Shown piece after piece: positions 11,389 to 22,204 of a stretch of DNA of 38,786 bases (position 1 is the first letter of the stretch; the number at the start of each line of letters is the position of its first letter). Position numbers and translations under genes: made by a program. The stretch is from Octopus sinensis (taxonomy: Eukaryota), in NCBI RefSeq assembly GCF_006345805.1, contig NW_021835851.1:1-38786 (forward strand), read 5' to 3'. The notes below the pieces were generated by a model that did no database searches, was not told where the DNA came from, and saw only the letters and a program-made list of their open reading frames with translations.

Positions 11389-12700
11389 GCGAGGAGAGAC
11401 GGATGGATGGTTGAAAGGGGGGGCAGAAAAACGAGAGATAAGGAAATTGTGAGTAGAGTTTGACGGGGTAGAAGAGAAAAGTGTGAAGTGAGAGAGGGGT
11501 AGTGGAAGATAGGGTATTAAAGATAGCAGGAAAGAGACATAGAGAGAGAGAAATGGAAAGAGAGGGGAGTATAAACATAAAGAAATCCTGGGGGTGGAGG
11601 AAACGGGTGAGATGAAAAAGTAAAAGGGTAGCTGGGTAGCTGGGTAGCAGAAAAAGATAGAGAGAAAATATGTGGGAGGAGCCAATACTTGCGTGTGAGT
11701 GAGGGTGAGAGAGAGAGAGAGAGAGAGAGTCAGAGAGAGAGAGAGAGAGAGAGAGAGTAAGTGAGAAAGAGAGAAGCTGCGGCAGTAGAGGTGGGAGTGA
11801 AGTGGAGAGTGAGGGTTAGTATACAGAAATAGAAAGAGGGGGAAAAGGAGAGAGAGAGAGAGACATTTATGTGAAGATGAATGGAATAACGGAGGTGCAA
11901 AGTTTAAGAGAGTAGAAGAAAGAGGGACTGGAACGGGGGGGAAATAAGTATGAGAGGGGTGGAAAGATGTTAGAGTAGTAGAAAGAGTAGGAGTGAAGAG
12001 AGAGAGAGAGATTGAAAGAAAGAGGGTGGAGGAGGTAATGATGTGAGAGTGAACGAGTGTGATCGAGTATGTGAGAAGGAACGAATACGAAGTGAGACGA
12101 GAATACGTGAAAGAGTTAGAGCAAGGAAGGAGAAGACTCGAAAAGGATTTATTGAAGAAAGAAGGAATTTATAATGAGTGACAGTAGGAGGTAAGAGAAA
12201 GAGTGAGAGAGACATACACAAAAGAAGAAATGAGCATAGAAGTGAATAAAAGAGAAAAAAAAACTGAATGAGTTTTATTGAAGAAAGAAGGAAGAGGAGT
12301 ATAGAATGAGTGATAGTGGGAGGTGAAAGTGAGAGAGAGAGAGAGAGAGGAGGAGGATAACCTAGAGATAAACGCAGAAACATAAAGAGAGGGGGATAGA
12401 GATGTAAGGATGGAGATTGTGAACGCCATTATTGAAGAAGAGACAAAGAATGAAAGAGGAGGGAAAATGAAGCTGTAGAAGAAGGCGTGAATGAGAGAAT
12501 GAATGAGTGAGTGAATGGATGAGATGAGCGTTGCAGAATCACACACACACATATACGTACATATACACATACATATACACATACAGAGGGTAGATGAATA
12601 ATTAACGAGAAAGATAGAAAGAGAGAAAAAGAGAACGAGAGAGAGAGGGGTGATCTCTCTAGAAAGAAAAAGGAGAAAGAAAACTATAATAATAAAATAA
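10240..12700 (+). repeat. Purine-rich (GA) low-complexity tract with (GT)n and (GACA)n
   Basis: Direct reading. Confidence 0.9.
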
Positions 12701-12999
12701 AATTAGTAAAACAAACAAAATGAACGAAGGAAAAATCGATGGTTGCCATTTTCTCTTCTACTTTTTCGTCTCTGCTTCTTCTTCTTCTCCCTGTTCGATA
12801 TGAAAGTAAGAATTTGAAAAGCAATTTCAAAGACTTGCGTAATATTATGTTCTCTTTTGAATTGCTGCAGCTTCCCTAGCAGGAATCAAGCAGAAATCAG
12901 CATTTCCAGCTGAGCAGCGCGCCATTTCTTTCGTTCACTGATTCGCCAGTTTTCAATCTAGACACGAACCGAAAAGCAAGGTCTCTCTTTGATTTGGTA

Positions 13000-13038
13000 G
13001 CGCTTTTTCTTTTTTCTTTTTTTTTCTTTATTTTTGTT

Positions 13039-13069
<31 letters not shown>

Positions 13070-14328
13070 CTGCCACCATTTTGCAGACGACACATTCAAC
13101 TATCTCTCTCCACCCACCTCCGCCTATCCACTGCTACCACCACCACCGCCACCACCATTTACTCTCTTATCTCCCACCAACACCCTCGTCTATCTATCAC
13201 CTCTTCCTATTCCCCTCGTTTCACTTCTGTATATACAGATAACCTTTCTTTCTTGCTCGCTTACCTCCCACCGCACCTACCCTTCTTATCTCCCACCGAC
13301 ACCTTCGACGGTTCCATCTCCTCCGACTAACCCTCACGTTTTATATCACCAACAACTCTATTCTCTTCAACATACATAACCATTCCTTCTCTTCTCCATT
13401 CTTTCACAGCTACCACCTTTAAACTTCTTATCTCACACCAACACCCCCGGCTAACCATCACATACTACCACCCTCTTTTTTTCTTCATGACCTTTACTAC
13501 AACTACTCCTCCTCTCTCTCACTCTCACTCTCTCTGTCTCTCTGTCTCTCTGTCTCTCTCTATTTTTGTTACTATTTTCCTTCATTCTCACCCTCTCTCC
13601 TTCATTTAAACACCACCAATTCGTCATTCCCATTTGTGTCTCCCAAAACTCGTTCATTCCTTTTACTCTATCTCCTCCCCACTCTCTCTCTCTATAAAAC
13701 TTTCTTTCAACCCCTTCTATGCCTCTCTCTTCTCTTTCTTTTATTTATAATTCCTCCTTCCCGTATTTTCTTTCATTTCTTCTTTATCTCTTTCTTTTCT
13801 TTCCTCCTACCTTCCCATTCTTCATACTCATTCATAATCATTCTCACTCAGCCTCTCTCGCTCTCTCTCTCTCTGTGGCTTTATTTCTGTCTCTTATTTC
13901 ATTCTCTCCCTCTCTCTTTATTCCTTTATTCTTTTATTCTTTCACTTGCTTCAGTCGGTTAACTGCGGCCATGCTGGAGCACCGCCTTGGAGGGTTTTAG
14001 TCGAACAAATCGACCCCAGGACATTTTTGTTCGTGTTTTTTTTAAATATAGTTTAGTACTTACTGTATCGGTCTTTTTTGCTGCACCGCTAAGTTACGGG
14101 AACATAAACACACCAACACCGGGGAAACAAACACACACACACAAAGATGTATATATATATAACATATATATATATATTGATGAATTTCTGTCTACCAAAT
14201 CTACTCACAAGGCCTTGGTTGTCTTCTCGCTGTAGTAGAAGATACTTGCCCCAGGCACTACGCAGTGGGACTGAACCCGGCACCATGTTGTTAGGAAGCA
14301 AGCTTCTTACCACACAACATCATTCTCT

Positions 14329-14378
<50 letters not shown>

Positions 14379-14800
14379 TCCCTCTGACTCTTTCCTTCTT
14401 TGCTGCCTTCGCTTATTTTTATTCCTTGATTATTTAACAGCCTTCTTTTTCTTTCGTTCTTTTTCCTTCGTTCTTTCACTTTCACTTTCCTTCTGTGTTT
14501 TCCTTTTCATTCTTCCCTAAATATATTCTGTCCTTCTCCTTTCTCCTCCTTCCTACTCCCTCCATTTTTCAAATATAATTCTTCTCTCCTCCACCCCATC
14601 CCAAACTCCTCCGCCACAACGACGAGACAAACACCCTTCCCCCTTCTTCTACAACACGACCTTCACCCCTCCCCTTCCATTTCACGTTCCTCTTACATCG
14701 CCTCACACCGCACCTCTACATTCTAGTTCTCTTTCAAACACCTCCTCGCCCTTCCTATCACCACCACCACCACCATCGAGACAACTTCTGTCACGCACTG
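13000..14800 (+). repeat. Pyrimidine-rich (CT) low-complexity tract
   Basis: Direct reading; interrupted by a SINE A copy. Confidence 0.9.
13924..14320 (-). mobile_element. SINE family A, full length
   Basis: Minus-strand head (plus strand GGGACTGAACCCGG..CTTCTTACCACA) and tail (plus strand CTTCAGTC..GCGGCCATGCTGGAGCACCGCC). Confidence 0.88.
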
Positions 14801-14989
14801 ATCTATTCACAACTTCCACCACCACCACTACAACCATCAATAACACGACCACTACCACTGCCTGTACCAGCACAACTAACCACCACCACCACTACTACGA
14901 CTACTATTACTAGTTCCACCAACAACAGTACAACGCTATCAGCAACATACTATAACCTCAACTAACACTACTATCACCTAAACAGTTAA

Positions 14990-15185
14990 TTCTTTCTGCT
15001 CTAGGCACAAGGGGCCAGTTGATTGCATCGACCCTAAGATGCAACTGGTACTCATTTTATCGATTACAACAGGATGAAAAGCAAAGTCTACCTCTGCGGA
15101 ATTTGAACACGGAATGTAATGACTCAGAAGAAATTCTTTTAAGCATTTTGTCCGGCATGCTTATTTCTACTAGTTTGCTTCCTTT
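14990..15185 (-). mobile_element. SINE family B, diverged
   Basis: AACTGGTACTCATTTTATCGA..GGATGAAAAGCAAAGTC..GGAATTTGAAC. Confidence 0.8.
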
Positions 15186-15186
15186 G

Positions 15187-15240
<54 letters not shown>

Positions 15241-15260
15241 TAATAATAATAATAATAATA

Positions 15261-15797
15261 AAATGCCCTGATGCAGTACCAGGCAGTGGCTCTCATGGCT
15301 TCTCATCTTAACTGATTGGAAGTGTTATCATGTACATTGTTTTGTCTTGGTATAAAGGATGAGCTACAGCAAATATTCTGCTCAATACCACAGACTTGCT
15401 TGTCAGTTGTTTGACCTTAACCAGTTGAGCATGTCCCTTAGTGGCTGACGATATGTGCATCTCTGATCACGAGCAGAAGTAGTGGGGGAGAGGGATTCTT
15501 TGGGGTTTGAATAATTCACCTCTGGAAACATGGGTGGTTCTTTCAACATCCTTAAACAACCCTTATTCAGGGACTTTTGAGCGGGATGGGCTACTCGACC
15601 AGAAGAAAATTCTAACTGGGCCCCACCTGCAAGGTCATGTGCTGTTTGTCTTGATATGAGATCACCATGTCGCGCACATATGGTTGTGATGCATGTGCCT
15701 GGTGTACCCTTATCAGACGGGTAGTCATGATGGGTATATTGGGCTTCGTATATTTTACCCCAGTGTCACTTTGATGGCATGAACTGCTCTCTCACTC
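15261..15797 (+). mobile_element. Element C, copy 3 (20-bp internal deletion), (AAT)n on both sides
   Basis: Same boundaries as copies 1 and 2; lacks CATCATAGCCATGTGTTGAG, a deletion between two GAG microhomologies. Confidence 0.9.
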
Positions 15798-15822
15798 AAT
15801 AATAATAATAATAATAATAATA

Positions 15823-16198
15823 ATGATTGAGGAACAAAGCAAACTATACTGGATCATAGATATAGCATGTCCAGCTGACAACAAGGTATGCGATAAGGAA
15901 GAAAGAAAAGTTGATAGATATGACGGGTTAGCTTGGGAGGTAAAGCAGTTGTGGTCTCAAAAAAAAGGTGGTAGTGGTACCAATAACTGTCGGAGCCCTG
16001 GGAACAGTGAGTAAAATCCTTGAGAAGTACATAGAACAAATAGGGGCTGCAATAAGGGTGGAGCACTTGCAGGAAACAGCACTGCTTGGAATCGCTCAAA
16101 TACTCCGGAAGGTGCTCGAAAAATAAGGGGTGTTACCTTAGTTCACTGGTAGTGAACAGCTCGCACCGTAGTACATCTCCAGTGTTAGAAGCTGTGAA
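15823..16198 (+). mobile_element. R4/Dong-type non-LTR retrotransposon 3' fragment (restriction-like endonuclease C-terminus plus 3' UTR)
   Basis: IIDIACPAD..KEERKVDRYDGLAWEVKQLW, frameshift in the A8 run at 15959-15966, then KVVVVPITVGALGTVSKILEKY..ETALLGIAQILRKVLEK* (stop 16124-16126). This is the typical R4/Dong RLE tail; it starts directly in (AAT)n. Confidence 0.85.
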
Positions 16199-16202
16199 CA
16201 AA

Positions 16203-16394
16203 CCCTTCTACTATAGACAAAATGATGCTTGAAATTTCGATTGCAGTGTTTCACTGCTACTTAATTTATCGACCCCGAAAGAATAAAAGGCAAAGTCGAT
16301 CCCGGTGGCATTTGAACTCAGAACGTAAAGACAGACGAAATTCTGCTAAGCATTTCACCAGGCGTTCTAACGATTCTACCGGCTCGCCACCTTA
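16203..16394 (-). mobile_element. SINE family B
   Basis: TTAATTTATCGACCCCGAAAG..GGCAAAGTCGA..TTTGAACTCAGAACG. Confidence 0.85.
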
Positions 16395-16424
16395 GTAATG
16401 ATATCAATAATAATAAAAATAAAC

Positions 16425-16499
16425 GTCCCGGTCTTCAACTTGTACTTTCTTTATCGACCTCAAAAGATGAAAGACAAAATCAACCTCGGTGGAATTTAA
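16425..16499 (-). mobile_element. SINE family B, central fragment
   Basis: TTTATCGACCTCAAAAGATGAAAGACAAAATCAACCTCGGTGGAATTT. Confidence 0.7.
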
Positions 16500-16519
16500 T
16501 AATAATAATAATAATAATA

Positions 16520-16552
<33 letters not shown>

Positions 16553-16597
16553 TGATGATGATGATGATGATGATGATGGTGACGATGATGATGATGA

Positions 16598-16812
16598 TCC
16601 TTTGTACTATAGGCACAATGAGCCTGAAATTTGGTAGGAGAGGCCAGCCAATTAGACCGACCTCAGGACACAACTGGTACTTAATTTATCGACCCCCGAA
16701 AGGATGAAAGGCAAAGTCGACCTCGGCGGAATTTGAACTCAGAACGTAAAGAGTCGTAAAAAAAGTAAAATAAGATTGCTTTTTTACCTGACTCGCTAAC
16801 GATTCTGCCAAA
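16598..16812 (-). mobile_element. SINE family B
   Basis: AACTGGTACTTAATTTATCGACCCCCGAAAGGATGAAAGGCAAAGTCGACCTCGGCGGAATTTGAACTC. Confidence 0.88.
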
Positions 16813-16849
16813 CCCACAACACTATTAACAATAGTAACAACAACATGAC

Positions 16850-17160
16850 TTCAGCTACTCCGAGTACTCTGGCAACAACAACAACAACAACAACAATAAC
16901 GTCTACCATCAACCACACCTGCCACGACCACCACATCGGCAAAGCCTATTACTGTCAATCAGAACAATATTTCCCGCCACTAACACCACCACCACCACCA
17001 CCAACCAATACAAACCAATAACAACAATAACGACACAACCACCACCACTACCACCACCACCACCACCAAGAACAACAACACCGATACAAGCATTACATCC
17101 AAGGCCGCTACCAGCGCCACCACACAACTAAAACACAACCACGTTCGCTACCACCACCAA

Positions 17161-17199
<39 letters not shown>

Positions 17200-17390
17200 A
17201 ACTACTGCTACTTATTCCGAAACCTTTGTGCCATATCCCACCTCCTCCCACCCTCCCTCAGTCTACTCCTTCCATTATACTCACCCTCACCCTCACCCTC
17301 AACCTCACCCGACCACAACACCAACCTCCCACTCCTCTATAACCTCTCCTGACACCACTACTCCTCTCCACCTTCTCTATTCCATTTCAT
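16850..17390 (+). repeat. AAC/ACC/ACT-rich low-complexity tract
   Basis: Direct reading. Confidence 0.85.
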
Positions 17391-17399
17391 GCTTAAACG

Positions 17400-18620
17400 C
17401 TTGTTGCTGCTCCTACTGCTGCTGCTGCTGTCGCTGCCGCTTCTGCTGTTGCTTGCTGCTGCTGCTGCTGGTTGATGTTGCTACTAATGGTTGTATTCCT
17501 GTTGCTGTTGTTGTTATTGTTGCTTTGTTGTTGCTGTTGTTGTTGTTGGTGGTGGAGGTGGTGGTAGTGGTGGTGAGGTTGGTGTTGTTTGTATTGTATT
17601 GTTGCTGTTGTTGTTGTTATTGTTGTTGTTAATGTTGATGGTGTTGTGGTGGTGGTGGTGGTGGTATTTGCGCCTATCTTTCCTGCTGGCGGCGGCGGCA
17701 GCGGTGGTGGTAACGGTGCATGCGTTGTCTTTGTTCCTGTTGCTGCAGTGGCGGCGGCGGTGTGGTAGTAGTAGTAGTAGTGGTGGTGGTGATTGTAGTA
17801 GTGGTGGTGGTGGTGGTGGTGATAGTGGTAGTGGTGGTGGTGGTGGTGGTGATAGTGGTAGTGGTGGTGGTGGTGGTGGTGGTGGTGGTGGCGGTGTTGA
17901 TAGTAGTAGTTGTGGTGGTGGTGATGGTGGTGGTGGTGGTGGTGATAGTAGTAGTGGTGAAGATGGTGGTGGTGGTGGTGGTAGTGGTGGTGGTGGTGGT
18001 GATAGTAGTAGTGGTGGTGGTGGTGATGGTGGTGGTGGTGGTGGTGATAGTAGTTGTGGTGGTGGTGGTGGTGATGGTGGTGGTGGTGGTGGTGATAGTA
18101 GTAGTTGTGGTGGTGGTGATGGTGGTGGTGGTGGTGGTGATAGTAGTAGTGGTGGTGGGGGTTGTGGTGGTGGTGGTGGTGATAGTAGTAGTTGTGGTGG
18201 TGGTGATGGTGGTGGTGGTGGTGGTGATAGTAGTAGTGGTGGTGGGGGTTGTGGTGGTGGTGGTGGTGATAGTAGTAGTTGTGGGGTGTGTGGTGGTGGT
18301 GGTGGTGGTGGTGTAGTGTAGTGGTGGTGGGGGTTGTGGTGGTGGTGGTGGTGGATAGTAGTAGTGGTGAAGATGGTGGTGGTGGTGGTGGTAGTGGTGG
18401 TGGTGGTGGTGATAGTAGTAGTGGTGGTGGTGGTGGTGGTGGTGGTGGTTTTGGTGGTAGTGGTGATTGTGGTGAAGCTGTAGTTTGTAGTGTTGCTTTT
18501 GAACTTGTTCTTGCTGCTGCTGCTGCTGTTGTTGTTGTTGCCGTTGGTGGTGGTGCTTGTGGTGGTGGTGCTGGTGGTGGTGGTGGTGTCATTGTTGTTG
18601 TAGTTGTTGTTGTAGCTGTT
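17400..18620 (+). repeat. Compound (GGT)n/(AGT)n/(GTT)n/(GCT)n array with higher-order units
   Basis: Direct reading; GATAGTAGTAGT recurs about every 42-45 nt in the GGT core. Confidence 0.95.
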
Positions 18621-18819
18621 GTTATTGGTACACATACAATTCTTTTTCGAGTTGTGGATTCTTCAATCGTCGCATTTGGTGTTATTGTTATTTATATTGC
18701 TTTTTATTATTTTTATTATTGTTGTTGTTGTTTTTGTAAATACCACGAGGGCCACATCCCTACCATCCTTTCGCTTTACTCTCTATGCTTCGTTCTTTGT
18801 TTTACTCTATACCAAGTGT

Positions 18820-18865
<46 letters not shown>

Positions 18866-19009
18866 TGTGTGCATGTGTGTATAAACACACGACACACACA
18901 CTCACACACACACATACATATTGGTTATTTCATTATATGTAAACCCCGTCACTTTGTATCAGTTTTTGTATTGTACCCCCAATCTTCACCCTGGTGGCAA
19001 ATAAAACAA

Positions 19010-19030
19010 AATCATCATCATCATCATCAT

Positions 19031-19065
<35 letters not shown>

Positions 19066-19446
19066 TTACTACTACTACTACTACCACTACTACTACTATT
19101 ATCTTTATTATAATTTTTTTAATAATAATAATAATAATTATTATTATTATTATTATTATTATTATCATTACTACTACTACACTACAATTATTATTTTTAT
19201 TATTATTATTATTGTTATTATCATTACTACTACTACTACTACTACAGTTATCTTTTTTATTATTGTTATTATTATTATTATTATTATTACTACTACTACT
19301 ACTACCACTATTATTATTATCTCTGTTATTAATTTATTATTATTATTATCACCAGTATTATTATTATAATCTGTATTATTATAATTATTATTATTATTAT
19401 TATTTTATTAATATTATTATTATTATTATTATTATATTATTATTAA

Positions 19447-19483
<37 letters not shown>

Positions 19484-19550
19484 ATTATTATTATATTATT
19501 ATTATTTATTATTATTATTATTATTTATTATTATTATTGCTGTTATTCTT
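19010..19550 (+). repeat. (CAT)n/(ACT)n/(ATT)n compound microsatellite
   Basis: Direct reading. Confidence 0.95.
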
Positions 19551-19987
19551 GTTGTTATTGGTGCCGATGTTTGTGTTGTTTATTTGCTTTCTTGTGGCTG
19601 ATGTTACTGTCAATGTAGTCAATTGTTGTTGTTGTTGTTGTTGCCTCTTTTCCCCCCTATGATTGTTCGTTAATTTTATTGAAGTCACTCTAGTTGTTGT
19701 TGCTGTTGTTGTCATCGTTTTTATTCTTCTTATTGGCACGGTGTTTACTGCTGCTGCTGCTGCTGCTGCTACTGGTGTTTTTGTGTTCCCTATATATACA
19801 CGTATAACTGCCCGAAAACTCAACACAGCCCCACCTCAACCCCATATCCTCTCCACAACGCCATTATTCAACGAGTCAAAGAACCTGGAACTAATCAGAT
19901 TTAAACAATATCTAAGCCTCCGCCCAAACCGGCAAAACCTTTCTCTGACCCTTCTCATTAGGGACACTCATTCACTTGCTTTCATTC

Positions 19988-20018
<31 letters not shown>

Positions 20019-20134
20019 TTGTCTTTCTTTCCCTCTCCCATTTCTTTCTCTCTCTCTCTCTCTCATATACATAACATACACATATACATGCATATATGAA
20101 TGTGTATGTGTGTGTGTGGTGTGTGTGTGTGTGT

Positions 20135-20173
<39 letters not shown>

Positions 20174-20297
20174 ATTCTTTAGCAAAAATATTGTTGACAG
20201 TGAGTTCGAAATTCCGGCCAGTTAAACCATCGTCGCAATGCATTCCAATGACGGCTTAACAGGTCGAAACTTCGAAGTCATTGTCAACAAGAATGTA

Positions 20298-20779
20298 GGC
20301 GTAGGAGTGGCTGTGTGGTAAGTAACTTGCTTACCAACCACATGGTTCCGGGTTCAGTACCGCTGCGTGGTATCTTGGGCTAGTATCTTCTACTATAGCC
20401 TCAGGCCGACCAAAGCCTTGTGAGTGGATTTGGTAGACGGAACCTGAAAGAAATCCGTCGTGTATATGTGTATGTGTGTGTGTGTGTCTGTGTGTGTGTG
20501 TTTGGTGTGTGTGTGTGTGTGTGGTGTGTGTGGTGTGTGTGTGATGTGTGTGTGTGTGTGTTTGTGTTTGCGTGTCTATCTTTGTCCCCCATCATCGCCT
20601 GATAACCGATGTTGGTCTGTTTACGTCCCCGTAAATTGGCGGTTCGGCAAAAGAAACCGATAGAATAAGTACTAGGCTTACAAAGAGTAAGTCCTGGGGT
20701 CGACTTGTTCGACTAGAAAGAGTGTGCTCCAGCATGGCCGCGGTCAAATGACTGAAATAAGACAAAGAAAAAGAAAAGG
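20298..20779 (+). mobile_element. SINE family A, full length with ~100-bp internal (TG)n
   Basis: Well-preserved head, body and tail. Confidence 0.92.
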
Positions 20780-21220
20780 ATGCTGTTTAAGAATAAATTT
20801 TCACTCTACAAAACTAACAAACGTGACGCTGTTAATCTGAGTCTCCTCTCAGATTAATGTAAAAATCGTCTTTATTTTAACTAAAGATTAAAGAAAGCGA
20901 TATTCACACTACCTCTATAAATCTGTGCAAAGCATATTTCGCTGATGATGTCAGAATTATGCAGTCGTCTTCAAATTTGGTGCGCAAAGCAGGGTGTAAT
21001 ATCATAGTCGACAACTAAGGAGGGGCTGAACTTCATTTGGTATTTTGTCCTGTAAAGTGCAGTTTTTCATTTATATATATATCTATATATATATATATAT
21101 ATATATATTATTTATTTATTTATTTTATAGAAGAAGCTTCTATAAAATAAATTACTTTACTCTGCTATGTATTGAGTACCTTATTTACTGTGGTTAACCC
21201 CGACTCAACCCGGGACCTAC

Positions 21221-21260
<40 letters not shown>

Positions 21261-21270
21261 TACATGCAAT

Positions 21271-21498
21271 ACTAGATTTGTACGTAATTACAGAAGGGAC
21301 TGCATGAGTACCTACATTGCTAAAATAGAAGTCAAAAATATTTCTGTACCACTGAATAGTCACAAATCTGTTACAGACATGATAGGAAGAAATATCAGTG
21401 AACAATAATAGCTGGCAGACTTTGGCTGATGAGAAATCAGGCTTCTATTTGGCGCTAAATTTCGAAACTGGTACCAAGGTGACCACCTTTTATTTTTA
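21271..21498 (+). mobile_element. Penelope-like element 3' / terminal-repeat fragment
   Basis: ORF remnant ending at TAA 21406-21408 (YI..PLN loosely recalls a GIY-YIG tail; weak), then a hammerhead fold; (TA)n on both sides. Confidence 0.55.
21419..21480 (+). ncRNA. Minimal type-I hammerhead ribozyme HHR1
   Basis: Helix I ACUUUGG/CCAAGGU (7 bp, one GU); CUGAUGA 21426-21432; helix II GAAAU/AUUUC; GAAA 21464-21467; helix III AC-UG-GU; cleavage triplet GUA 21471-21473. Confidence 0.75.
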
Positions 21499-21504
21499 TA
21501 TATA

Positions 21505-21553
<49 letters not shown>

Positions 21554-21683
21554 CATTATACATACATGCCAGAAGGCATTATACATACATACCACACGCT
21601 AAGAGGGACAATTAGTCATTTCTACCAAAAATATTACTAATCCACCGAATGCAATTTTTCAAAGTAAGACATTTAAAAAATAT

Positions 21684-21731
21684 AGACCTGTATCACAGTG
21701 ATTTCATACTTACGTATTCATCAGCAGGCCT
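21684..21731 (-). ncRNA. Minimal type-I hammerhead ribozyme HHR2
   Basis: Minus strand reads AGGCCUG CUGAUGA AUAC-GUAA-GUAU GAAA UCAC-U-GUGA U A CAGGUCU. Helix I 7 bp, GNRA-capped helix II, near-palindromic helix III, triplet AUA. Confidence 0.82.
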
Positions 21732-21897
21732 GAATGTATTATAAATAAACAACGACCCTGCCCCGCTTAAGCCGATCAGCTAACTGATCAACATCAACGA
21801 AGCACATGGGTGAGTTTACATATATTACATCCGGATAAATGGCAAACTTTTACGAATTGCATTTCGGGAGAGGAAAAGTTTTCTCGGAATAAAAATT

Positions 21898-22204
21898 TAG
21901 CAATTAGGACAACTACTTAATAAGGAAAACTTAACAAGAAATTGTCAGGTAGATAGCGTGAAAACCTCATAAGAGAAAAAATTTCGAAAATAATTATTTC
22001 TTATTGAACATATTAATTTATATATAGAGGGCATTATACATACATGTATGTATACATACATGTATGTATAATGCCCTCTATATATAAATTAATATGTTCA
22101 ATAAGAAATAATTTTTTCGAAATTTTTTCTCTTATGAGGTTTTCACGCTATCTACCTGACAATTTCTTGTTAAGTTTTCCTTATTAAGTAGTTGTCCTTA
22201 ATTG

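Noticed and set aside
10588-12582. Ser/Leu-rich ORFs on the minus strand
   Set aside because: Products of the GA-rich low-complexity tract.
12832-12877. Hairpin GCAATTTCAAAGA / TCTTTTGAATTGC as a pre-miRNA
   Set aside because: The stem is about 13 bp, too short for a Drosha/Dicer substrate.
17393-18884. Long ORFs (399, 373, 276, 201, 198 aa), one resembling extensin SPPPP repeats
   Set aside because: Open in several frames on both strands only because of in-phase GGT/AGT triplets; no non-repetitive domain or splice context.
20833-20858. 10-bp inverted repeat TTAATCTGAG/CTCAGATTAA
   Set aside because: Isolated short hairpin, plausible by chance or as transposon debris; no supporting context.
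20935-20980. CTGATGA at 20942
   Set aside because: No downstream GAAA in a compatible fold on either strand.
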